DNA from: the human T2T-CHM13v2.0 reference genome, Homo sapiens
Strand: one strand, 5' to 3'
Assembly (NCBI RefSeq): GCF_009914755.1
Contig: NC_060934.1
DNA: 64,000 nt
Under the pieces are notes generated by a model. It was not told the origin of the DNA and did no database searches. It worked only from the letters and a program-made list of their open reading frames with translations. Both the position numbers and the translations under genes were made by a program. Positions 47,566 through 64,000 of the stretch are shown piece after piece. The number at the start of each line of letters is the position of its first letter. Position 1 is the first letter of the stretch.

Positions 47566-49289
47566 GCCACAGGTGATGGGAAACCACTGGAGATTTTTAA
47601 GAGGGAAATAGACATGATTAGATTTGGGCTTTGGAAAGATCATTCTGGTGGCAGCTGTGCAGCAGAGAGACTGGGGGTGTAGGATGAGTCGAGGGGCTAG
47701 GCATATGTAGAAGAAGACCTCTAAGGAAGTTATTGCAACAGTCCAGGGAAAAATAATGAGGACCAGGACCAGGTGGTAGTGGCTGTGGCCTAACTTCTTG
47801 ATAGCTGGGCTGAAGGGAGGTTGCAGCAAAGAATGAGAACGCCTTTGCACATATAATGGTGTTACCTCTCTCTCCTCCTCCTTCCCCCCAATCCCATGGG
47901 ACATTCTTCTTGTCCATTTGGGGTGGGGCTGACAAGTGGTGGAAAGGCACCATTAGCTGAGGTCCCCTCTTTCCAGGCATGGCTCTACCCCATTGAGCCC
48001 CCCAAGATCTTGAAGCAGGACTCCCCTTTCCCATGGGCCCACTCTGCCCAGCTTCTCTGCAGCCAGCCCCCCGGGTAAGACCTGGCGTCCTGCCTCCTTC
48101 TCAGTCTGCATGCTAAGATACGCTGACTCTCCCATCTTTGGGGACAAACAGTCTCATTTTCTCTCTCAAATAAGCATCTGCACAGAGCATTTGACTGCAT
48201 CTGCCAGCCCCAGGTCTTAGCCCCAGCTAACTTTATTCTAATTGCCCAGAGTGAAAACTGCTATACTTTCCACCCCATTTCTTTTGTTCGCCACCAAGAA
48301 CAGTCTCCTTTTTCAGGTGTAAAAGGCAGGCAAAGCAAAAGTGATTCTGGGTAGGGGTGAAGTCATTTCTTATCCTTAGCCCATGCTGATTACATCTTCC
48401 CTTCTTGTGGGAAAAGGGCTGCCTCCCAGCAATGTGTGTACATCCCTTTGAATGTTTCTTGTCACTTAGATTTCTTACGCTATTTACTGACCTGGCTCCG
48501 TGGGCCCATCTCCCTTGCCTTATCTGTGAGTCTCGTTTCTCTGTAAGAGTCTCTTTCATCTCCTCGGGGGTTATCTTTTCCCCACCAGGACATGAATACC
48601 TTTTTTTGTTTGTTTGTTTTTCTTGCAGTTCCCATGGTAGAATTCATGCCCTCTTAACTTTGGTTTCCTTCTCAAATACTTAATTGCAATTTCTTGAATT
48701 ACTTCCTTCATAATGCGTTTCTCAGTCTAATAAACATGCATGCATTCAAATGCTCCAAATACATGACGGCAAACTCAGTTTTCTACTTTCCTCTTTTGCT
48801 ATTTTGCTTGATCAAAATTTGTTGCTGAGTTTTGGGGATATAAGTGGTTTCTCTTCAGCTGTGCTTGGCAGAGGTGAAGGTCCCACATGATATTGTGTCT
48901 AGTTCTTGTTTAGACAACTCTGTTTTGGGGGCGTGATCACCCCCATTTGAATAATACTCAGCAGTGTTTTCCACAGAGAATACTTTCTGTTTTTCCCATA
49001 GCTGCTTTAGAGAGTAGCTCTGTTGCCTGGGTTTTTCTTTACGTTCTTTATTGTTTGCATACATTGTGTTATTCTTTGTATCATCAGCCTATTGTCTTAT
49101 GAATCTATCCAAACATAAGAGTCAGATAATTATAGTTGGATCTTGAACTCTTCATCTGAGATGATGTGAATGTGGCAAGAGACCTCTTGGATTATCCACG
49201 TTGGTTCTAAATTAGACCATTTTGCTCTGTTGTCTTCATGGGTGGCAGCGATGATAGTGATGATGGCGGTCTGAACAATTTTTAGCTAA

Positions 49290-49480
49290 TGTTTGTTTAC
49301 CCGGTGTTTACCATATCCCAGCTATGGGGCTAAGTTCTTTATTTATATTACTCCATTTAGTCCTCATAAGAGCCCTCTGGATTACAGATGTTCATCATCT
49401 CATTTTACAAATGAGGAAACAGACAGAGACTTTAATGAACTTACCCAGGACTGGATGATAGCACCGGGCTTCGACTGTGC
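49290..49480 (-). mobile_element. MIR
   Basis: cattttacaaatgaggaaacaga core. Confidence 0.75.
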
Positions 49481-50164
49481 GTATCAGCTCGTGTGTCACT
49501 AACTGGAGTAATCGTACATACAGGTACATTTTATTTAGGCATCACCAAAGGATGTGTTGAAGCATGCGAATATGAGTTACAATACTTGGGTTTGTGTTGT
49601 TTTATGGTCTCACCCCTCAGTGCTCCCTAAAAGTATAGATGAGGAGTTTCACTGTTGCTGGGATTAGGCTTTCCTTAATGTATAGGAGACAACATCCCCT
49701 CCCCTCCCACCAACCACCAAATGGAGCCTTCGCACAACCAGAAGTCAGAGCCCAGAGCCCGCATCTCCTTTAGGAGGCACAGTGCCCAAGGCCCCAGGGG
49801 TTTTTAGGGACCTGCAATAATGTTTTAATTTCTTTCAAAATTAGAAGAAGAAAGCCAGGTGCAGTGCTCATACCTGTAAGCCTGATTAGACTCTCAAGCC
49901 ATTTCCTCCCGTGTTTATCTATGGATTCCCTGCTTTCTCCATCGGACATTTACCCATCACGTTGGAGACACCAGCTTTTGCCCACTCTGCCACTGCCAAC
50001 TCCTGGAACAGGGAGTGTAAGACGCAGCTCTGGGAGATCAGGTCAGAAGACCAGGACAAAGGTTTCCTTGAGCGTTGTAGCTTCACAGGTTCTTTGAAAT
50101 GCTACAGGGATTTTCCTGAGATTTATACTTAAAATCCAGTGTTTCTCAGGACAATATAAATTTT

Positions 50165-50330
50165 GAGCAGAACGGGGATTTTAGAGATGATCAAATCTAA
50201 AGTTCATTTCATAGATGTGGAAATAAAAATAAACACAGGGGGCTTGAATTACTTGTTCAAAGTCATACATTGAATGACTTCCAGAGCAAGACTTGAAACC
50301 TACATCCCTGACTCCTAATGGCATGCTTTT
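50165..50330 (-). mobile_element. MIR
   Basis: catttcatagatgtggaaat...acttgttcaaagtcatac core. Confidence 0.65.
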
Positions 50331-50734
50331 TACCTGAAGGCATTAATAAAATGAAGTCTAGATTGTCCCTCTTCTTTTCGTTCCTTGGATAATTCGTTTG
50401 TCTCCAAACTTTATTTCCGAACACGCCTTTGTGCCTGTGGATGTTCCAGACTTCAGATGACCTGTTCTCCTTGAGATGTCACATCTTTTATTGACCGTAT
50501 TTAGTGGCATTTCTGATTTTATTAGTACACTGAAACACTAGAACCATCATCTTTCCTAACTGGAACTTTTAAAAATGAAAACAAGGATAATAATAGTCTG
50601 TGTTTGCAGTTCTGGTTTTGGACACTTTTAGATGTGTTTCCTGGGGAGTTTCTTTCTCCATTTATTGAGCTCTATGTAAGTTCTTTTATTTTATTTTTTA
50701 AATTTATTTGAATTTTGATATATAAACAAATACT

Positions 50735-51600
<866 letters not shown>

Positions 51601-54580
51601 TTAAAAATAGAATGTGCTGGGTGCAATGTGGCACTTGAGCTGTTGTGGTCTTTACTGTGGTCTTTACTCTGAATGTCACACTGTCTCAAGGGTGTCGTGA
51701 GATGATTCAGCTTCAGGCTGTCAACTAGTAACTCCTTGGTACTGAAGCTTTGCCCAAACACCTGCCTACTTTCAGGGGCTGTCCCAGATCACAAGATTAT
51801 ATCAGCCTCATGCTGGTTAAATCTTCCGTTCTGAATTCAGCAAAATAGAAAGCAGAAGCATAAGGCCCTAGACTAGGGCAGTAATTTGGGTGGTGTCATA
51901 GACAGGGGACTGTTTTACTGACAGTCAAAGGTGATGTGTAGGGCTAGCTGATTTCTTAAAACCAAGCAGACTTGGCTTAAAGGTCTTTTTCTGGTCTGGC
52001 TGCTGTATCCTAAGGCATTGGATTGTGGAACTGATGGGAGACTTGGGTTTATTGAGGTTGGCTCCTGGGATGTGGAAGTGCATGAGAGATTAGCTAAAAG
52101 CCTAATGAATAGATTTCAGGTGATTTCCAGGAATACATATTCAATGTGCCACTTTTTGTTGAAAAATGAATAAATAGAGCATCTGGGAATGAATAAAGCA
52201 CTGAGCAGAGTGTTTCCCCATTGGCAGAGAGTGAGGAGCCTATGTGTGCTTGGAGCCTCTGGGAGATGCGGGAACAAGGAGCGTTTTGTTGGGATTGAAG
52301 AACACTGGGATGCTTTCTGTGCATCACACAAGCCTCTGCACCATCACTCTGAATTCAGCACCGAGATCGTTTCATTTCCAGGGCTTTTTTTTTTTCTTTT
52401 CTAAACTCGACACAGCCCTTTGACTTGATTTTGGACCTCACTTTCATGGCCAAAGCATATATCCAGGAGGAATAGTTACCTTTTCTTTTCTTAAAACAGG
52501 GACAACAACAGTGTACTGGCTGAATCTTGTATTTATAAAGCGACATTTCCACATCTGCCTTGTGAATTTCTTTCTTAGTCAAGTGGTCATAAAAAAGAGG
52601 AAGATAAAAACAAATGAAAAGAAATGGGAGTAATTTAAGTCAAGAATAACTTCCTTTTTATTAGATTTAACTTGAAACCAAGTATCATATTTATATAAAT
52701 ACTGTGGAAAATATTTAACCTATTCATAAAGGTTAAGTAACTAACTGATAAGCTTTGTAGGAAAAGTATGTTTAAATGCTCCCATTAAACTATAACCGGG
52801 CCAGGCAATTTTTCAAGTTTTCAAATACATACCTTTAGGAAAATGAATAGAAATGTGAGGAACAGGAAGAATTTCTCGTGAACAAATACAATGGCTCATT
52901 GTACAAATTATTGCTACTTTATGTATCAGAGGGCACAGAGTGAGTCAAAAAGTCAAAATAACAGGACTTAGAAGAAAGTCTTAATGATACAATTCAGTCT
53001 TCAGTAAAGACTAAGACAAATTACTTCAGCAGCTGGCTGAAGAAATCCAAGGGCAAGATATTTTAGCTGGTGCTCTTTTCCTATAAATAATACACAAAAT
53101 GATTAGAAGATTGAGGGGTTTGGAGAGGTACACAGAACCGTGAGACTGGAAAATGTTTATATGAATACAGGTTAGATGATGACACCTTTTTGTAGATTTC
53201 CTCTTTGAATAGAATGAAATTATCCTCCAAACCAGGAGAGTCTGAGAGTGAAAGGGGACAGGATTAATAACTATGCCAGGATAACAGGCACAACCCAGGA
53301 CTGTTATGAGAAAATTGGAACATGTGTCCACCCTTTCTCTGAATCTATTTTTAGAGCTAACAATTTAAATATGTAGAGAATTACATAGGCCATTATCTTT
53401 GTTTTTGTGGGAGCTGAGAGATCCTACATCTTTAAGGACTTGTGCTAGTTCTGTTGCATTAGAGAGAAAAATGCTCACAAAATGATCAATTAAAAAAAAA
53501 GTACAACTAAAAATGGAATCCTAAAGTGGCCTCAGCTGCCTGGTGGGAGCGGGTGAAGGGAAGCCTAGAAGCAGGTCTGGGGAAAGAGCCTGCAGTGCTC
53601 CATGGGGAAGGAGAGACAAGGTCGGGTCACTCTGCTCATCACCGGAGGCTGGCATGCTGCCTTTCTAACAGGACCATCCAGCTCTCAGCGCTCACCGTCA
53701 CCAGACAGCGGCTGCCGAGCAGATGGAGCCCGCACCTGTGCATACTCTCTGTCAAAAAGACTTCCCAGAAGCTGTTGTGTCAATAACAAGGTCTCAAAAA
53801 ATATATGCCCCACAAAACCACCCACACTAAAGATCATTCTTGAGTCTGATTTGAAAACTAGGGTCCAGCTCTGCAGAGCCATTCAAGTGGCCAGATGCCA
53901 CCCTCATAGCCAGATCCATAGGTCCCCTCCATCATGCCAGGGAAAATGCTCCACTCACCACACTCAGCTTCTGCTTCCGGTTTCAGTGTACTCTCTGTAT
54001 TGGAGGGGTTTTAAAGCTAGAGGGGCCTTCACCCACTTACTGTCATTCACAGATCTGAATATGGAGATCTAGAGGGGAAAGCGATGTGCCCTAAGTCAGA
54101 GTAGAGTCAACAAGAAAACAAGACAAGCAATGACCATGTCCCTAGTGTATAAGGGTCTCTGGAGAGCTTCTGGGGTTACAGAGATGAAGAAAACATAGTC
54201 CTATAGTTCAATCTAGCAAGGTAGACAGTCTCTTTGTAGGCGGGACCAGGCTTCCCTGCAGCAGAAGGAAACTTGAAATCAGGGTAATGAGCCCCACCAG
54301 GGACGGGCCATCACGCTGCCCTGAGAGGATCATGCGTGGACACGGGGCTTTGACTGGCTTTGACCCTCTAGCTATGCTGTAAGGCCAGGTGGGACCTGCA
54401 GTGGCCTGAGCTGGGGGCTGCCGTGAACTCTTTCCCCTCTTCCAAGGCACTGTGTTAAGTAATGTCACTTTATATTTGCACAGCAAAATCAGGGACACAG
54501 TTTTCTAGAATTTGCGGTGCCTTTCCTCCCCCAGCATAATGGATGGTTTACCCTGGTTGGCGAGCCCTTGTTTGTGTTAG

Positions 54581-56232
54581 AGGTGGAACACTCTGCAGGG
54601 TTCTGAGTGGTCAGTTGTGACCCACATACCAGTAGAGAAAAGAGGAAGAGCTGTGGAGCCCTCAAGAGCCATGAAGGACCTGCTGCTCACCACGAAATGC
54701 CTCCTCAACTGCTGCTGGCCCACCTGTGGGCAGCAGTAAGTAGTGATGTACAGAATCCTGGGACCAGTGCCAGTGACCCTAGGGATACTATGGGTGAGCT
54801 GGGCGTGCACCGCTGTGATGGCCTCTCTGGTCAGGAGACGACACGCAGTGAGAAGGAGGGAAGGGCTGGCCCAAAGGGCTTCAGTCTAAGGTGAGGCCCA
54901 CAGAAAGGCCTGCGCCAAGATGCAGCCAGCAGCCCACACCAGTGGTAGCTACCTGTTATCCATGCTGGGGCCAGTCCTTGATTGCTCCAAACACTCTGCT
55001 TGAAGGTTCTAATGGAAATGAGCAGGTCTTCCGATCAGGACCTAACCTAGGCGAGCTTCTGAAAAAAGCATGAAAAAGCAGCCTCCTGAACTTCCCCAAG
55101 TGACTGATGTGAAGCACATCCTGCACGCTTCACAGCATGGAGATCTTCCAGTGCACACCACGGACGATGTGAATGACAGCATGGACCATCAGCAACCCAC
55201 AGAGCTGCCCGACCAAGAAGTTGTAAATCAGACGCCACACACACACAAAAAAGACAAGATGGCCTCAAGTCCCCAATATTCGAACTGGAGTAGGCGAGTG
55301 GCTTCCCTGGTGGCTCACGCTCTGCTGAGCACCCTTCATCTGCACCAGGAAAGACGACATGGAAAATGAGGACTTGGCAGTGGAGGGGAACAGGGAAGCA
55401 GAACAGGGTGGTCCCCCAGCATCGTGGCCGCAAGTCCCTCTGAAAGCATGGATGACAATGGTAATTTAGGTGCTTCCTTCGAATGTCCTGAGGGAAAGAC
55501 TGGTAAAGCAGACATACGATTGTGAGAAGAAACCCAAAGGAGTACAGAACTCACAGCACAAGCCCAAGGTCTGCTCAGCGAGCAGGTCTCTCTGCAGGGT
55601 TCAAGGGCACAGCTGGAGAGGGACATCCCGAAGCTGCAGCCAGTGGTTTCCGATCTGCCTGAACTGCCCTGAAAACACATGAAGCAGCCTCAGGGGGAGT
55701 CCATGGAGAAGGATGTCTACTGCTTGCACCTCAGAGACTTCGTAAAGTGCAGGAAAATGGGAACTGCTCGTCATACCAGCAAGCTTTAAGAAAAGATGTG
55801 TCCCCAGACTTGGCCCAGGAATTGAAGGATGACACAGTTTTCAGAGGGAGATCCTCTTCTATGAGAAAACAGCCCAGGACGGCTGGATGACAGCCACGTC
55901 CACTGAGATAGCAAGACCTCTGGAAAGAAGATGACCATAATAGGCAGAAGCCAGCTGATTGCGAGGCCAAGTTCCACCCTTTCCTGAGCGGCCCTTTGGC
56001 TCCTGGGGATCCACCTGCAGCCCACAGGGGCCTGGAAGTGCCGGGGGACCATGGTCCTGAACACCCAGAGACTTGGCAGAACATCAGCTGATGCTGCTCC
56101 CTTTAAAACACTTTTGACTGCTCTCTGGTTTGGCTACTGTTCGTTAGTTGATGCTGAAACTGTTCTTACTGAAGTTTGATTGATAGCCTTAGACGGTAAG
56201 GTACAAATAAAGATGGTGTAATATAAAAAAAA
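54581..56232 (+). pseudogene. Putative decayed terminal coding exon of an unidentified gene, about 500 codons, low-complexity product
   Basis: Acceptor-like cccttgtttgtgttag at 54565-54580; stop-poor frames (55046-55786 has 3 stops, all TGA); stop at 56089-56091; AATAAA 56206-56211; A-run 56225-56232. No homolog recognised. Confidence 0.45.
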
Positions 56233-56779
56233 TTTTTTTTAAGTGAAAGGAACCTTGTGGTGCAGGAAACCTGAAAAACAAAACAAACAAAAAAACTGAA
56301 TCTTTAGCGGGTTCACCAAGAAGTGAAAATCACATACAAACCTATCGCCCAGAGGCAACCATGATTGCCTTTTGTTTTTTACCAATTTAAAAATTTCTAT
56401 TCTTATTAGATGTATACAGTTTTATATTGATGTGATTCTACCATATGGGTTGCTTAATAGCCTGCTTTTGGTCACTTTAATTAATGTTAATTTGTTATTA
56501 TTAATGCTGTGAATATCTTTGCATTCAATGAGTATGTTATTTTCAGAGGCTGTACAGTATTCCATCTAGTTCAAAAAGTCCTATAATTTATTTAACCGAT
56601 CCCCAATTTATGGACATTTGTTTCCAGTGAAATATAAACAACACTCCATTAAAAGTGTAGAGCACTTTTTAGTATATTCATTTGGTTATTTCTGTAGAAT
56701 TTATTCCTAGAAGTGAAATTGCTGAATTACAGAGCATACATATCTAAATACGTATATGTTTTATATCGATTACAAATAT

Positions 56780-56889
56780 ATGTATTACTATTTTAATGTA
56801 AATGATTTTATATGTATTTAAAATGCCAATGTGAATGTATTACTATTTTAATGCAAATGATTTTATATGTATTTAAAATGCCAATGTGA
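56780..56889. repeat. 55-bp tandem duplication, 2 copies, 1 mismatch
   Basis: atgtattactattttaatg(t/c)aaatgattttatatgtatttaaaatgccaatgtga x2. Confidence 0.95.
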
Positions 56890-57300
56890 TTGTTAGTTTT
56901 ATGGGTCAACTTAACTGGGTTAAAGGATACCCAGACAGCTGGTAAAAGATTATTTCTGGGTGTGTCCGCAGGGCGTTTCAGGAAGAGATTAGCATTTGAA
57001 TCAGGAGACTGAGTGAGGAAGATTTGCCTTCCCCAGTGTAGATGGCCATCATCCAACCACTTTAGGGCCCTGATACAACAAAAAGGCCGAGGAAGGGCAA
57101 ATTTGCTCTCTCTTCTGCAGCTGGAACATCCATCTTTTTCCCCCATCTTCAGACATCAGAACTCTAGATTTTCTGGCCTTCAGACTCCAGACTTGCTCCA
57201 GCACCCTCTGAGCCCCATTCTCCTCTCATTCCCAGGCCTTCTGCTTCAAATTGAGGCTGACAACATTGACTCTCCTGGTTCTCAGACCTCTGGATATGAG
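56885..57300 (+). mobile_element. MLT2 (B/D-like) ERVL LTR, partial
   Basis: tgtgattgttagttttatgggtcaacttaactgg...ggaagagattagcatttgaatc. Confidence 0.8.
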
Positions 57301-57356
57301 ACCTCTGGCGCAACTCACCCCTGGCTTGCACCAAACATTCTTAAAATGTTTATTGG

Positions 57357-57981
<625 letters not shown>

Positions 57982-58482
57982 AAACAGTTTTTTGGCTGTT
58001 GGCAATTTTTATGTGAGTTGCTTGTACCTGTCCTATAGGAATTTGATATTTACTCTCTCTCAGAAAGAAAACCCTGCAAGACAGTCCTCTAAGTCTGTTG
58101 CTTCTCCTGCATTTTCCTATTAGCAGCACTATCTGTGTAGTTGCCCAGGATAAAGACCTCAGTTTTGGTTTTCACTGCTCTCAACTTCTACTTCCACTCC
58201 AAAACTCAGCCTGGTTCATTTCATTTCTGAGATGTTTCTCAAGTAGGTTCTCTTTTCCATGTCCTCAACCCCTGCTCTAGTTCAGGCCCTTCTCTTGTTT
58301 TAATTAAGAGGTTCATGGGGATGAAGACCCGAGGCCAGAGTTTGAGTCTCCCCAAGTCCCATAAAGGTACTTATTATTTCCCTTGCTGGACTCTTATTCA
58401 TCTTTGAATCTGTAGTGCCTGATGCATGATCAAGTACACATAATAGGTCCTTGATAAACAAAGGATGAAATTGTTTTTCTCA

Positions 58483-58728
<246 letters not shown>

Positions 58729-58747
58729 CTAGTGTCTCACTGCCTAC

Positions 58748-58971
58748 AGCAGGGTTTCTCAATTTCAGTACTACTATTTGGCCCAGGTAATTCCTTGGTG
58801 GGGGAGGCCGTCCTGTGCATTACAGGATGTTCAGCAGCATCCTTTGCTTCAACCCATGGATGTCAGTAGCACTTCCCTCCCTCCTCCCCTTGGTGAAGAC
58901 AACCAAATATGTCTCTAGACTTTGACAAATGTTCCCTGGAAGGCAAAATTGCCGCTGGTTGAGAACCACTG
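58748..58971. mobile_element. MER20 hAT DNA transposon
   Basis: cagcagggtttctcaa...ttgagaaccactg TIRs; aggatgttcagcagcatcc core. Confidence 0.85.
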
Positions 58972-58974
58972 ACC

Positions 58975-59500
58975 TACGAGAAAAAGTCAAAACTTAGTTA
59001 TCATGTCATTCACGACCTGGTCCTAGGCCACCTTTCCCGTCTCATTTCTTGCCTCTCCTGTACCTTCGTGAACGTGCCATGTACCTTAGCGCTGTGTCTT
59101 TTCATGTCCTGTGCTCTCGGCACTTCCTTGATTAGGTGGACCAACTGCTACAACCCATAGACAAACGGGTGTTGGCTCAGACACAACTGGTTTGTTTTTG
59201 CTCACCTAACAGCGCTCTTTGGTTGAACGCGCTAATGAAACGGACCCCTTCCTACTCTTTCAGCAGTTAAGCGGGCCCGAGACTCTACCAACTTCAAAAA
59301 CTGTTTCCAAGATGGCCCTGGGGATCATCTCCATTTTACCTAATGAAAGGAGAAAGGACATTGAGAAGAGCATGAAGAAGAATGTTATGGCCAGGATTGA
59401 AAAAGCTACACATCCCTTGCCGTCTCATTCTAATTGGTTAGAACTCAGTCATATGACCACACTTAACGGCAAAAACGGATGGAAAACGGTTTAACTGCGT
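58975..59500. promoter_or_regulatory. Candidate germline regulatory element (CpG-retaining, MYB-motif cluster) overlapping L2 and an ancient MLT1-like relic
   Basis: 19 CpGs in about 525 bp; five YAACKG sites at 59142, 59184, 59264, 59464 and 59492. Confidence 0.35.
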
Positions 59501-60148
59501 GCTTAGAAGGAGAGCAGAGGTTTTCCTAATCAGCTAGCACTCTCTTCCACAACCTACTTATTAGTTCAGCAAAATTATGGTTATTCTTTCAAGCCCAGCT
59601 TACATGTCACTCCTAGGATTATAAATTCGAATGTCCCCATGATATACTATTTTACGTTCTTTGCTTTTTCTAGTGCATATTACGGTATGATTAGTTATGG
59701 CATAAAAATCATTTTTTCCTCATCAATTTCTGGGACAGTTCCTGGTAGGTGGTGGGTATATATTTGTGAGAAAAAACAATGAGTAGTATTTAATTATATA
59801 TTTAATATCATCTCATGAAAATGCCTCAAGGACACACTGAATTTTATTGTCGTTGTTGCTCTTCTAGACTCTGGTCTACGCACCTGCACTAATACAAAAG
59901 TGAGCCAGAATTATTTGCAATTTCTGGCAGGACTCTAGCATCATCTGAGGCCTAGGAGAAAAAGGATGAAGTTCCTTTTAGAGACCTGCTTTCCCAGTCT
60001 CCCCAGGCCTCAGGCATCTGCCCTACAGGCTATCCACAGATTTGTTTTCCACCGGCTTTCCACACCCTCCACTTCCCCTCCCAGCACAGTTCCCTGTGGG
60101 CTCAGTGACTTAATCCTCCCACAGAAGATCTGCATTTAAAAGGGAGTG

Positions 60149-61185
<1,037 letters not shown>

Positions 61186-61213
61186 GGCAGAGGGGAGAGG
61201 GGAATTTTGTACC

Positions 61214-64000
<2,787 letters not shown>

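Noticed and set aside
56206-56232. A-run as the poly-A tail of a processed pseudogene
   Set aside because: Only 8 A, no matching TSD found upstream, and an acceptor-like site at the 5' end; left undecided.

Overview
Primate, almost certainly human or great-ape, genomic DNA: it carries a hominid SVA, about 45 Alu copies and an L1PA element. No intact host protein-coding gene, tRNA, rRNA or CRISPR array can be supported. Most ORFs in the track are by-products of Alu, SVA, L1 or microsatellite sequence. Firm calls: a near-full-length minus-strand L1PA7-like element (about 9963-16020), a full-length SVA (B-like, 34433-36029), a U6 snRNA retropseudogene (24034-24135, minus) inside an ERVL-type LTR, many solo LTRs with target-site duplications (TSDs), and DNA transposon relics. 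Items worth follow-up: (1) the L1 5'UTR is joined at an exact splice junction, so it is a spliced integrated retrotransposed element (SpIRE); (2) two stop-depleted, non-repeat decayed reading frames face each other (plus strand 54.6-56.2 kb ending in AATAAA; minus strand 61.2-64 kb) and I cannot assign them to any gene; (3) between them is a CpG-retaining patch rich in MYB motifs (59.0-59.5 kb). It could be a germline A-MYB-type bidirectional promoter whose transcripts would be antisense to both relics, a pachytene-piRNA-like layout. Item 3 is a hypothesis only. Repeat subfamily names come from recalled consensus sequences and need Dfam/RepeatMasker confirmation.
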